This document shows positions 19,109-28,779 of a stretch of DNA of 64,000 nucleotides, in pieces (the first letter of the stretch is position 1; every line of letters begins with the position of its first letter). The translations under genes were made by a program, and so were the position numbers. Origin of the DNA: a bacterium (GTDB lineage Bacteria; UBA8248); the NCBI GenBank assembly GCA_963692865.2, contig OY843592.1, positions 1,248,001-1,312,000 of the forward strand, in the 5' to 3' direction. The notes under the pieces are model-generated. The model ran no database searches. It saw only the letters and a program-made list of their open reading frames with translations, and was not told the origin of the DNA.

Positions 19109-19969
19109 TTACTTGGGTTTCATATCTGTGATCATTTCGGCGTAGCCCTCCCGGTAGGACGGATAGAGAAAGCGATAGCCTGTCGATTTGAGCCTCGCGT
19201 TCGAGCATCTCTTGTTCGTCGCCGCGCGCGCGGAGGGGGCATCGCCGGCCCCGGCTTCGCGCGGACGCGGGGCGCCGAGCCGATCCGCCAGCCAGTTCAG
19301 CACCTCGCGCCGGTCGGCGGGCGCATCGTCTACGCCGACGTATATTTCACCCGGCGCTTCCATCTTCATGAGGTGGGCCAGCGCGCCCGCGCAGTCGTCG
19401 CGGTGGATTCGGTTCGTGAAACGCTGCGGTCCCGCATGGACTTCGGCACTGCCTTCGCGGACGGAATCCATCAGGCGCGTGCGGCCGGGGCCGTAAATGC
19501 CCGCGAGCCGCAGGATGGTGGCGGGGTGGCCGCTCTCCAGAAATGTACGCTCGCCTTCAAGCAGAGTGCGGCCGGAATAATGAGTGGGCCGCGTGGGTGA
19601 TTCCTCATCCACCCAGCCGCCGTCTGTTTGCGCGTAGACGGCCGTGCTCGAGGTGAAGAAAATTCGCCTGGGGTTTTCTCCTTTCGAATCAAGCGCTTTG
19701 ATGAGGTTTTTCGGGCCTTGCGTATACGCCGCCCGGTAGCCGGCCTCGCCGCCTCCTCCCGAGGCGACGGCGTAGAAGATGAAATCGAGTCCTTCGGGGA
19801 GGAGGCCGCTAAGGTGCTTGTCGTGGACGTCGGCCCTCAGCGGCGTGATGGATTCGGGCAGGTTTTCGGGATTTCGGCGCATGCCCCATACGAGATGTCC
19901 CTCTGCGGCGAGCGCCGCCCCGAGCGCAGAGCCGACGTAGCCGCAACCCACGATGAGAACGTTCGCCAT
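19109..19969 (-). CDS. NAD-dependent epimerase/atypical SDR (YeeZ-like)
   Basis: IVGCGYVG, SSTAVY, RLAGIYGPGR, TNRIHRDD, KRCSNARL. Confidence 0.9.
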   Translation of the reverse strand: MANVLIVGCGYVGSALGAALAAEGHLVWGMRRNPENLPESITPLRADVHDKHLSGLLPEGLDFIFYAVASGGGGEAGYRAAYTQGPKNLIKALDSKGENPRRIFFTSSTAVYAQTDGGWVDEESPTRPTHYSGRTLLEGERTFLESGHPATILRLAGIYGPGRTRLMDSVREGSAEVHAGPQRFTNRIHRDDCAGALAHLMKMEAPGEIYVGVDDAPADRREVLNWLADRLGAPRPREAGAGDAPSARAATNKRCSNARLKSTGYRFLYPSYREGYAEMITDMKPK

Positions 19970-19998
19970 GAAGGGCCTGATCTTTGAAATCGTTCGTC

Positions 19999-20847
19999 TT
20001 AGGGCGATTCCAGAGAGGGCACCTTGCCGCGGAATATGCTTTTCAGGTGATGCGGCATGACGCGCAGTCCGGCATAGAACGGGCCGAACTCGCCGTACCA
20101 GACGCTGGCCTCATCGAAGCGCATTTCGTATACGAGGCGCTTGAAGACGAGCGGGTCTTCCGAGAACAGATAGACGCCCCACTCCCAGTCGTCGAAGCCG
20201 ATGCTGCCCGTGATGATTTGTTGAACGCGCCCGGCGTACCGTCTGCCGACGAAGCCGTGTTCGCGCATCATTTGCCGGCGCTCCTCAATGGGCAGGCCGT
20301 ACCAGTTCTTCTCCTCGCCCCTGCGCTTGTTCATCGGGTAGAAACACAGATACCTCGTTTTGGGGATGTCCATGTAGAGGCGCTCTTTCATGCGCTCGCG
20401 CTGGTTATCCATCTCTTCGGACCATTTCGACTTCCATTCGTCGCTTCCCGGTTCGAGACCCGCGTCCACGAACTGTGAGTGGAGCTTCACGGTCATTTCG
20501 TAGAGGCCGAGTTCCAGGAACGAGAGGTAGGACGTGGTCTCGTCCATATATTCCGCCAGCGCCAGCCGCCGCAGACCCAGTTCGACTTCATTCAGCGCAT
20601 CGAGCGTTTGCCTGAAATGCAGAAAAAACAGGTCTCCCTTGTGGCCCAACAGGCTGAAAAGCGCGCTTTCTCCGGACTCGGGCCGGGCGATGGAGGCGAG
20701 GTATTCCGCCGCCTCATCAAGGATGCTGTGTCGCCGGACGCTCTCCAGACGGTTCCAGGCGGGCCAGTTCACCCGGAAGATATGGTGCAGAATCGCCCAG
20801 CCATCGAGCGTTTCGGGCATTTTGGCGTCTTTCAGGTTCGGATTCAC
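19999..20847 (-). CDS. hemQ: Coproheme decarboxylase (chlorite dismutase-like family)
   Basis: PETLDGW, GHKGDL, FYPMNKRR, NWY, GSIGFDDWEWGV, YEMRFDEAS. Confidence 0.88.
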   Translation of the reverse strand: MNPNLKDAKMPETLDGWAILHHIFRVNWPAWNRLESVRRHSILDEAAEYLASIARPESGESALFSLLGHKGDLFFLHFRQTLDALNEVELGLRRLALAEYMDETTSYLSFLELGLYEMTVKLHSQFVDAGLEPGSDEWKSKWSEEMDNQRERMKERLYMDIPKTRYLCFYPMNKRRGEEKNWYGLPIEERRQMMREHGFVGRRYAGRVQQIITGSIGFDDWEWGVYLFSEDPLVFKRLVYEMRFDEASVWYGEFGPFYAGLRVMPHHLKSIFRGKVPSLESP

Positions 20848-21254
20848 TGTCTACTCCCGGAGAATCGAGCATATCGGCGATGAACCGTCTCGGGGAAAGA
20901 GATACCCCAGAGTCGGCCATGTTGCAAACATGACGGCTTTGGAGTCGAACGGGCTGCGGGGAAAAAGATGCCTCTCCCGACGGGGGGATTAACTCGCTTT
21001 TTTGCAGCACTCGGTCTGGTGACGCAATGAATTCAAATGAATTCCGAAGTCAACCAACGAGAGGGTTGACTTAAAGTGAAAGGTGCATTACTTGAATGAG
21101 GCAGGTCTGAGTTCCAAGTTGTTCCCATTTGATTAGAGGTCAATTTTAGAGGTTCCGTATCAGAAGCCACCTGTATTTCGCGTGTGAATGATTGCGCGCA
21201 CGCTTTTTGTAAACAGCAGCTGCCAACCTGAAAAAATCTTTGAGAGGAGCAGGC

Positions 21255-21995
21255 ATGATTCCCAAACGCTTTCATTTGTGCTGGATGTTTGCGGTGTTGC
21301 TGAGCATCGCATTGGCTGGGTCCGCGGACGCTTATAAGGAAGGAAAAGTAAGCGGTGGGGGTTCGATCACCGGGGCGATCAAGTTCGATGGCCCGGCCCC
21401 GAAGCCCAAAACCTTATCCGTGAACAAGGACAAGAAAGTTTGCGCAAAAAAACCGATTAAGGATGAGAGCCTGATCGTGAAAGACGGCGGCGTGGTCTGG
21501 GCCGTCGTTTCCCTGAAAGGCGTGAAATCCGGCAAGAAGTGGTCGAAAAGCCAGAAAAAAGCGACTATGGATCAGAAAGGATGTGTTTACCTGCCCCGCG
21601 TGGTGGTGATGAAACCAAAGACGAAACTACTGATGAAAAACAGCGACAAAATTCTCCACAACGTTCACACCCATCCTGGTAAAACGGGGAATTCGGTAGC
21701 CAACATTGCGCAGCCGAAGTTCAAGAAGAAACTGAGAATGTCGACCCGCTATTTCAAGAAGCCGGGCATCCTGAAAGTAACCTGTGACGTACATGACTGG
21801 ATGAAGGGGTACATTGTCGTTGCGGAAAATCCATACGTCGGCATCACGGGCGCCGGGGGTAAATTCGAGATCAAGGATGTCCCCGCGGGCTCTTACACCC
21901 TGGAGGTTTGGCACGAGGTGTTGGGCAAGAAATCCATGAAGGTGACGGTGAAGGGTGGCGCTGCCACTGCGGTGAACGTAGCGCTGAAAAAATAA
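21255..21995 (+). CDS. Exported protein with cupredoxin-like module and carboxypeptidase-regulatory-like domain
   Basis: RBS gaggag; signal peptide; DQKGC, NSDKILHNVH, CDVHDWM, VPAGSYTLEVWHE. Confidence 0.8.
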   Translation: MIPKRFHLCWMFAVLLSIALAGSADAYKEGKVSGGGSITGAIKFDGPAPKPKTLSVNKDKKVCAKKPIKDESLIVKDGGVVWAVVSLKGVKSGKKWSKSQKKATMDQKGCVYLPRVVVMKPKTKLLMKNSDKILHNVHTHPGKTGNSVANIAQPKFKKKLRMSTRYFKKPGILKVTCDVHDWMKGYIVVAENPYVGITGAGGKFEIKDVPAGSYTLEVWHEVLGKKSMKVTVKGGAATAVNVALKK

Positions 21996-22013
21996 CGCCG
22001 AACCAAACGCAAC

Positions 22014-22045
22014 AAAAGCGGCAGTGAAACAACCGCCGCTTTTTT
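22014..22045. terminator. Probable bidirectional terminator between convergent genes
   Basis: aaaagcggc...gccgctttttt. Confidence 0.7.
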
Positions 22046-22064
22046 GCGTGGTTTTTGGCCTGCT

Positions 22065-23252
22065 TTATCGTTTTTTCCCGCTGGCCGCTATTGTGGAAAT
22101 CGCATTTGCAATCGAGTCCATCTCTTCTTCCGTGTTCAAATAATGAATCGAAACCCTCACGGCGGGAGGCTCCGTTACCACTGCTCTCAGAATGATTTGG
22201 TGTTTCCTGTACAGCCTGTCCACCACGTATTGAGATTCGACGTTCCGAATCCGAAAAGAAACCAGACCGGACTGAGCCTCGCCTTCGGGGGTGACGACTT
22301 CAACATTCTCTACCCCACGTATTTGGGACAATAGGCGGTTCGCCAGCGCCAGGATTCTTTTTTCGATGGATACGGGCCCTGTCCTCTTGAAGTGTTCGAC
22401 AGCAGCGCGGAATCCCAAGAAACCGGGAGTATTGAGAGTGCCGACTTCATAGCGCATGGCGCTCCGCTCCGGGGTAAAGGACAGGGTTTTTAATCTTTTT
22501 TTCTGCGCCGTGCGAAAACTTGCGGAAGAAAGATGAATCTTTTCGCCTGCTCCACGTCTTATATATACGGCGCCCGTGCCATCCGGCCCCATCAGCCATT
22601 TCTGGCCCGATATGGTGTAGACGTCTACGCCGGTGTCTTTGATTTTGATTGGTATGTGTCCCACGGATTGGGCGCCGTCCACGATGAGGAGCGCGCCTGC
22701 GGAAGCGCAAACCCGGCCGATTGCCGCAAGTGGTAGTCTCCTGCCGTTTAGCCAGGAAACGTGGCTCACGCAAACCACCCTGGTTTTCGGGGAGATGGCG
22801 TTTTCCAGATTTCCAAGAAGTTCATCATCATTTTGACCTGTTTTGAATAGTTTTACCTTGATGGCGTTTCTCTTCCGCCATACCAACCAGGGCAGGTAGC
22901 CGCCCGGATGCTCCAAATCCGATACGAGCACTTCATCCCCTGCATTCCATGTCATTCCGGCCGCCGCGATATTGATTCCAACGGTCGTATTGCTCGTCAG
23001 GGCTATTTCGGAGGCGTCTGCGCCGATGAGTTTCGCGCAACTCTCTCGTGTGCGTTTTAGGGTTTTGGTGGTTTCACTCCTGATTATCGGGTGAAACGAT
23101 CCGAGTTCCAGTTCACGTTTCGTGAACTTGTCCATTTCGTGAAGAAGCGATTTCGAGGATGGCCCGCCGCCTCCCCAATTGACGTAAATTTGATTTTCCA
23201 GAGCTGGGACGTCGGAACGAAGGCGTTTGATTTTGTTTTTGTCGAGAGGCAT
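22065..23252 (-). CDS. Aminotransferase class V PLP enzyme (C-S lyase/desulfurase-like)
   Basis: NTTVGIN, SDLEHP, SHVSW, VDGAQSVG, SGQKWLMGP (PLP Lys), RVSIHYLNT. Confidence 0.9.
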   Translation of the reverse strand: MPLDKNKIKRLRSDVPALENQIYVNWGGGGPSSKSLLHEMDKFTKRELELGSFHPIIRSETTKTLKRTRESCAKLIGADASEIALTSNTTVGINIAAAGMTWNAGDEVLVSDLEHPGGYLPWLVWRKRNAIKVKLFKTGQNDDELLGNLENAISPKTRVVCVSHVSWLNGRRLPLAAIGRVCASAGALLIVDGAQSVGHIPIKIKDTGVDVYTISGQKWLMGPDGTGAVYIRRGAGEKIHLSSASFRTAQKKRLKTLSFTPERSAMRYEVGTLNTPGFLGFRAAVEHFKRTGPVSIEKRILALANRLLSQIRGVENVEVVTPEGEAQSGLVSFRIRNVESQYVVDRLYRKHQIILRAVVTEPPAVRVSIHYLNTEEEMDSIANAISTIAASGKKR

Positions 23253-23275
23253 TTTGGATTCCTTATCAGGAAATT

Positions 23276-25186
23276 TTATCTTCCATCTGGACGAAGTACT
23301 CTTTTATCTCCCACTCGTAATGTAATGCGAGCGGTATCGAAATATTCAAGCAAAGGTATGGCGTGTTTTCTCGTAATGCCCAACAGGTCCCGAAATTCCG
23401 CCGCCGTAATTTCATTGTTGCGCGACAGATGCTCTCTTAGAAGGTTTTCTGCTTCCGCCAAGGCGTGTCGATGATAGATAATGTTGTCTTTCAGCCGCGA
23501 CAGAACTCCTTCATCGATGAGAATTTGCAAGGCATTTTGACTTGAACTGCCTTTGCCGCCGCTTTGTGAGAATGCGTCTTCGACGGATGGCGGTTGAAAA
23601 TGGGCGTTCTTGAGAACCGACTCCAGTTTCGTTTTCACTTCTCCGAGCGTCTCGTCAATCTCTACGGAATGGGAGGTGAGTCGCAGGATGGCGCCGTCTT
23701 CGACGATTTCGTTTGTTTCACTTAGTTGTTTGAGCGCGACGGCAAAGATTTTTTCATTGAGATCACCCGCCTTGCCGCGGACTTCTTCCCTGGGCGCTCC
23801 CGTGCGAAGAGGGTTCCGAGCGTGGTATTCACTCAAAAAAGAGAGAATATTTTTTTGGGCTGTGTTGAAATGCGCTGTAGTCATGGAGAATAAATTGGCT
23901 TGATCGATAATTCGCACTTTCCCTTGGGTGGATAATTCCTGAATGGTTATCTTGATGTCGCTTGGCTTGAGTGTAAGACGGCCTGTGAGGTCAGCGAGTT
24001 CAATCCCGTTCAACCGTGAATCCCGGAGCAGGATGAGCAGTCTTTCCGTCTCATCCCCTCGATAAAGTGATTTCAGATGATTCATCGATGAACTTCTTAA
24101 TCGCCTGTGCTTGCGAGGCATGATATCCAGGATTTCGCCGCCGCCAATCGTGATGATTGGCGAATAACTCCTGATGACGAATCGGTCTCGGGGTAGTACG
24201 ACGATGGGCTCCTCCAGCCGTATTTGGGCAAATGAACTGTCCCCGGGCTCGAGCACATCCCGTCCGATGAGAGATATCCTTCCCATGATTTCAGCAGTAC
24301 CCGCGTGGAACCGGATGCGGTTCCGGGTTTTCAGAGGGCGAGGCGCATCGGCCAGATGCTCCAGGTGAACGTCGAGCATGTACGTCGTTTTCAGTTCACC
24401 GCGATGACCGATGATGTCTCCCCTGAACACCTCGGCGCGGTCGATGCCTTGGAGGTTGACGGCGGTTCTGAGGCCGGCGGTCGATTTTTCCACGGACTCC
24501 CCGTGGACTTGCAAGCCGCGAACGCGCGCCTGAAGACCCTTGGGATAAACTTCAACCTGCTCACCTACACCCACGCTTCCGCTGAACAGGGTTCCCGTAA
24601 TCACGAGGCCGAAGCCCCGCATGGTGAATGCGCGATCAATCGGTATTCGGAAGATACCCGTTTCACTTTTTGCGGGCGTCGTATTCGCGATTTCGCTCAA
24701 AGCTTTTTTGAGATTTTCCAGACCATCTCCGGTATGGGCCGAAACCGGCATGATGGGTTTGTCTTCCAGGAAAGTGTCTTTGACGAAGTCCTGTATGTCG
24801 TCCATGACGAGTTCAACCCATTCCGGTTCGACCAGATCTGTTTTGGTGAGCACGATGAGGCCCGTTTTGATCCCGAGAAGCCGGCAAATGGACAGATGCT
24901 CTCTCGTTTGCGGCATGACGCCTTCATCGGCGGCAATGATCAGCATTACCAAATCGATGCCTCCGATTCCGGCCAGCATGTTTTTCACGAATCTCTCATG
25001 GCCCGGAACGTCCACGATGCCGGCGTGGATGTTGTCGAGCATCAACTCGGCGAACCCGAGTTCGATGGTGATGCCGCGTTCTTTTTCTTCTTTGAGGCGG
25101 TCGGTGTCCGTTCCGGTCAGCGCTTTGACGAGAGAGGTTTTGCCATGATCGATGTGGCCGGCGGTGCCGATGACGACATGCTTCAT
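23276..25186 (-). CDS. selB: Selenocysteine-specific elongation factor
   Basis: [28 protein letters not shown]-terminal winged helices ending [13 protein letters not shown]...R. Confidence 0.97.
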   Translation of the reverse strand: MKHVVIGTAGHIDHGKTSLVKALTGTDTDRLKEEKERGITIELGFAELMLDNIHAGIVDVPGHERFVKNMLAGIGGIDLVMLIIAADEGVMPQTREHLSICRLLGIKTGLIVLTKTDLVEPEWVELVMDDIQDFVKDTFLEDKPIMPVSAHTGDGLENLKKALSEIANTTPAKSETGIFRIPIDRAFTMRGFGLVITGTLFSGSVGVGEQVEVYPKGLQARVRGLQVHGESVEKSTAGLRTAVNLQGIDRAEVFRGDIIGHRGELKTTYMLDVHLEHLADAPRPLKTRNRIRFHAGTAEIMGRISLIGRDVLEPGDSSFAQIRLEEPIVVLPRDRFVIRSYSPIITIGGGEILDIMPRKHRRLRSSSMNHLKSLYRGDETERLLILLRDSRLNGIELADLTGRLTLKPSDIKITIQELSTQGKVRIIDQANLFSMTTAHFNTAQKNILSFLSEYHARNPLRTGAPREEVRGKAGDLNEKIFAVALKQLSETNEIVEDGAILRLTSHSVEIDETLGEVKTKLESVLKNAHFQPPSVEDAFSQSGGKGSSSQNALQILIDEGVLSRLKDNIIYHRHALAEAENLLREHLSRNNEITAAEFRDLLGITRKHAIPLLEYFDTARITLRVGDKRVLRPDGR

Positions 25187-25234
25187 CAGGTGACTTCGCC
25201 CTCGAGGTTGATAGGCGAGATATGAAAATGTCGC

Positions 25235-26038
25235 CTAGTCATGACGATGGATGAACTCCAGGACGGACTCGTTGAATTCAACCGGTTTCTCGATATATAC
25301 GAAATGGCCGCCTTCATCAAAAATTTTCAACTCCGCTCCGGGAATGGCGTCCCTTAATTGTTCGGAATAATACAGCGGGGTGACGACATCGTCTCTTGCA
25401 ACGGCCACCAGCACCGGGCTGGTGATTCGGCTCAAACGATCCAACTGATCATGCGCAATGATGCAGTCGATTCTCTCTGCCATAATCTCGGCCGGAGGCG
25501 CGTTGGCGATCGATTGGTTTTCCTGCGTTTGAATTCCCTGGAAGTTGTCGGTGAAAAACTTTGGGCTATGCAAGGTGAAGGTGGAAAATCTCGTGTAGGT
25601 TTCCCATCCCATCTCAAGCAGGACTTCTTTGCGCACACTGAACTGGCGGGTGAAATATGCGTCGCTCCTGGGCCAGGAACTCGTGATGGAGCCGCTTTTG
25701 ACGCGATCGGGGAAGTCGATGCACATCACCTGGATGATGGCGCCCCCGGTTGAACTGCCGACGAGATGCGCTTTTTCTATTTCAAGGTCATCCATGATGG
25801 CGACGATGTCTTTCGCCATGTTGGCGACGCTGTACACCCCGCTCGGCTTGGCGCTTTTTCCGGTTCCTCTGTGATCATGCAGGATGAGGGGTCTGGTCGC
25901 GGAAAAGGCGTCGATTTGTTTCACCCATGACGCGCGGATACCTCCCAACCCGCTGATCAGGAACACGGGCGTATCGGTATGCTGGGGGTTGATGACTTCA
26001 TAATCTATTGCAACACCCTCGGAATTTACGGTCGGCAT
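25235..26038 (-). CDS. Alpha/beta hydrolase (RutD/enol-lactonase-like)
   Basis: SGLGG, DHRGTGKS, GSSTGG nucleophile elbow, DDVVTP, GGH. Confidence 0.88.
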   Translation of the reverse strand: MPTVNSEGVAIDYEVINPQHTDTPVFLISGLGGIRASWVKQIDAFSATRPLILHDHRGTGKSAKPSGVYSVANMAKDIVAIMDDLEIEKAHLVGSSTGGAIIQVMCIDFPDRVKSGSITSSWPRSDAYFTRQFSVRKEVLLEMGWETYTRFSTFTLHSPKFFTDNFQGIQTQENQSIANAPPAEIMAERIDCIIAHDQLDRLSRITSPVLVAVARDDVVTPLYYSEQLRDAIPGAELKIFDEGGHFVYIEKPVEFNESVLEFIHRHD

Positions 26039-26098
26039 CGGAAAATCATCCCCTGTTTTCGTGTCGGCGAGAAAATGATATGCGCAGAAGGTTTAAGG

Positions 26099-27541
26099 TT
26101 ATTTCGCGAACTCGTTGAGAATCAGGCCAAGCTGATTCATTTCATCTTCTTGAATGCACCGCAGATCCAGTATCACTTTATCCTCATGAATGCGCGCCAC
26201 GACGGGTGGAGTCGCATGGCGCAGCCTGGTCTCCAGCGATTTGGCGGAAGAGTTTTTGGGAGACAGCGTCACGGCGTAGCTGTCCAGTTTCGCCAGGGGC
26301 ATGGCCCCGCCGCCCACCATGCCCGAAGTTCCTTCCACCTTGGCGCCGAGTAGGGAGCAAGTATGTTCCCCCATCAGATTCATCAGGGATTCGGCCCGTT
26401 TCTTCAGTTTTTCCCGGCTGGCGGACAGCATCTGGAGAGTCGGTATCCGGGTGCGGGCGGCGTCGGGGTCGAGGTATGTCCTGAGCGTCGCCTCCAGGGC
26501 GGCGAGCGTAAGTTTATCGAGCCTGAGAATGCGCATGAGCGGGTGCGTTTTCATTTTCTCCACCCATGTCGCCTGGCCTACGACAATGCCGGCCTGCGGG
26601 CCGCCGAGAAGCTTGTCCCCGGAAAAGGTGACGACGTCGATTCCCGCTCGAATGGACTCTATGGCGGTGGGTTCATGCGGCAGGCCGTCGATATGAAGCA
26701 GCGAACCGCTCCCGAGGTCTTCCAGCGTGGGTATGTTTGTTCCCCTGCCGAGTTCCGCGAGTTCGTCGCGGGAGGCTTCTTCGGTAAAGCCGACGATCCT
26801 GTAGTTGCTCGTATGCGCTTTGAGCAGCAAAGCCGTATCTTGGGTGATGGCGTCCCGGTAGTCGGATATCCTCGTTTTGTTCGTCGTCCCCACCTCTACC
26901 AGTTTCGCGCCGCTCTGAAGCATGATATCCGGAATTCGGAAAGAACCGCCGATTTCGACCAGTTCGCCTCGTGAAACGATCACCTCGGCGGCATTGGCCA
27001 TCGTGTGAATCGCGAACATCACGGCGGCGGCGTTGTTGTTGACGACCAGTGCCGCCTCCGCCCCCGTGAGCCGGCGAAGGAGAGACTCCACGTCGGTTCC
27101 TCTTTTCCCTCTCCGCCCGAGGCTCAGGTCGAATTCCAGATTCGAATATCCTCGGGCCACGTCATCGAGGGCGGACCTTGCGGCGTCGCTCAGTGGGGCC
27201 CGGCCCAGGTTCGTGTGCAGCACGATTCCCGTGGCGTTGATGACTCTTTTCAGGCCGAGTCGTTTGTTGGAAGAAAGGATTTGCTTTGCTCCATCGAGAA
27301 CGATGTCCCGAAGCGTTTCTTCGGAGGGCGATGCGTTTTCCGCGGTTTTCGGGAATTCCCGGTTCGTTTGATCGAGCAGGAGCCGTCTTTTGATTCCGAT
27401 TGCCTGCCTGACCGCGTCGGAGAGGGCGGCGTCCGACGAACCGTTGGCGCCCTCGTTCTTGAGGCGGGTGACGATTTCATCCACCGAAGGCAGCAGCCGC
27501 GCCAGCTTGGATGGAAGATTTCGAGCGTCTGAAGAAGTCAT
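26099..27541 (-). CDS. selA: L-seryl-tRNA(Sec) selenium transferase
   Basis: VINATGIVLHTNLGRAPL, VNNNAAA, SRGELVEIGGSFRIP, EVGTTN, EDLGSG, FSGDKLLGGPQAG. Confidence 0.97.
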   Translation of the reverse strand: MTSSDARNLPSKLARLLPSVDEIVTRLKNEGANGSSDAALSDAVRQAIGIKRRLLLDQTNREFPKTAENASPSEETLRDIVLDGAKQILSSNKRLGLKRVINATGIVLHTNLGRAPLSDAARSALDDVARGYSNLEFDLSLGRRGKRGTDVESLLRRLTGAEAALVVNNNAAAVMFAIHTMANAAEVIVSRGELVEIGGSFRIPDIMLQSGAKLVEVGTTNKTRISDYRDAITQDTALLLKAHTSNYRIVGFTEEASRDELAELGRGTNIPTLEDLGSGSLLHIDGLPHEPTAIESIRAGIDVVTFSGDKLLGGPQAGIVVGQATWVEKMKTHPLMRILRLDKLTLAALEATLRTYLDPDAARTRIPTLQMLSASREKLKKRAESLMNLMGEHTCSLLGAKVEGTSGMVGGGAMPLAKLDSYAVTLSPKNSSAKSLETRLRHATPPVVARIHEDKVILDLRCIQEDEMNQLGLILNEFAK

Positions 27542-27719
27542 GCCGCATCCCTTATATGAATACGAGTGATGACTATAAGATTGCGGGTTTTAAGTGGTCA
27601 AGTCGTCAGGATGGAGGTCGGCCGAAGACCCATGGCGGTCATGAGGGGGGCATCTCCGAAGGGCGCGCGAAGGCCGCGGGGAATCCGCCGCGCCGGGATT
27701 TTCCGAGTCTTGATTTGTC

Positions 27720-27748
27720 TTGACACCGACCCGACCCCTTGGTAGTGT
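27720..27748 (+). promoter_or_regulatory. Putative sigma70 promoter for 27847..29946
   Basis: TTGACA-N17-TAGTGT. Confidence 0.6.
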
Positions 27749-27846
27749 TCGCGCTCGAATCCGGGCAGGCCTGTGCGTTTTGACCAGCCGTTTGCATTTC
27801 GTTCATTTGGATTCGGTTTTTCGGAACTTCAAAAGCAGGGTAGTAC

Positions 27847-28761
27847 ATGAACTCCCGCCAGAATGCGTCTTCGATTTTCGTTCCCGACAAGAATAAAGTC
27901 GTCGTTCCGTTCATGCGCGATGTTTTTACGATTCCCGGGAATGCTCGCCACAAGCCCAAGCTCATCGGTTCGGTCTGCAGGGAATGCGAGGAGTATTTTT
28001 TCCCGAAGACCGGCTCGAAGACCACTTGCGACAACCCGGTCTGTCCGCGGAGCACGAGCGAAGTGCTTCTGAGCGGGAAGGGCAAACTTCTTTCGGCCAC
28101 GATCACGCGCTCCTCCGCCGACGGGGATTCGGAGCACGTTTCCGCTGTCATACTCCTCGATGAGGGGATAAAGATAAATTCCGACCTGATCGGCTGGGAA
28201 GGCTACCGGGACATGCTGGTTCCCGGTTCTCCGGTGGAACTCGTCCTGCAGGACCTCGGCGAGAATGAGCGGCGCGAAACCCAGGTGGGCTACGCCTTTC
28301 GCCTGATGACGGGGCGCAGAAAACCCGTTTTCCCGCTCACCGATGAGGAAAAACGCGCGGCCGAGGCGGCGCGCGCTAAAGACGGAAAAGGGGCGACAAA
28401 ACAGCGGGCGCAGACGAAGAAAAAAACCGCCGGGAAAGCGGCGGCGCGGAAAGAGCGGACGGCGGCCAGGGGGAAAGCCCCCGCCGCGAAGAAGAAAGCC
28501 GCTCCTGAGAAACCCGCCTCGGCGAAGAGCAAGACGGCTGCTTCCGGGAGAAAGGCGGCGGCGAAGAAAACGGCGGCAAAGAAGAAAACGCCCGCCGGCA
28601 AGGCCGCGAGTCCTGCGAAGAAAAGCCCCGCCTCCAGGAAAGCCGCAGCCAAGGCCGCCGGAGCGAAGGCGGCGAAAAGACCCGCCCGCCCGGCGAGCAA
28701 GCCCGCGAAGAAGGCCACGCCCGAGAAACCGGCCTCCAAGAGCGCCCGGAAGCGCCGCTAG
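27847..28761 (+). CDS. DUF35-like Zn-ribbon/OB-fold protein fused to a long histone-H1-like Lys/Ala-rich tail
   Basis: LIGSVCRECEEYFFP...CDNPVC, LSGKGKL, GYAF; C-terminal ~130 aa of AKK/PA repeats. Confidence 0.8.
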   Translation: MNSRQNASSIFVPDKNKVVVPFMRDVFTIPGNARHKPKLIGSVCRECEEYFFPKTGSKTTCDNPVCPRSTSEVLLSGKGKLLSATITRSSADGDSEHVSAVILLDEGIKINSDLIGWEGYRDMLVPGSPVELVLQDLGENERRETQVGYAFRLMTGRRKPVFPLTDEEKRAAEAARAKDGKGATKQRAQTKKKTAGKAAARKERTAARGKAPAAKKKAAPEKPASAKSKTAASGRKAAAKKTAAKKKTPAGKAASPAKKSPASRKAAAKAAGAKAAKRPARPASKPAKKATPEKPASKSARKRR

Positions 28762-28779
28762 GGAGCGCGCCCGCGTCCG

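Noticed and set aside
21129-21143. FNR/CRP-like box TTGAT...GTCAA
   Set aside because: Spacer is 5 nt rather than 4 and one arm mismatches
27542-27846. tRNA-Sec (selC) next to selA
   Set aside because: No cloverleaf, UCA anticodon arm or T-loop consensus recognisable
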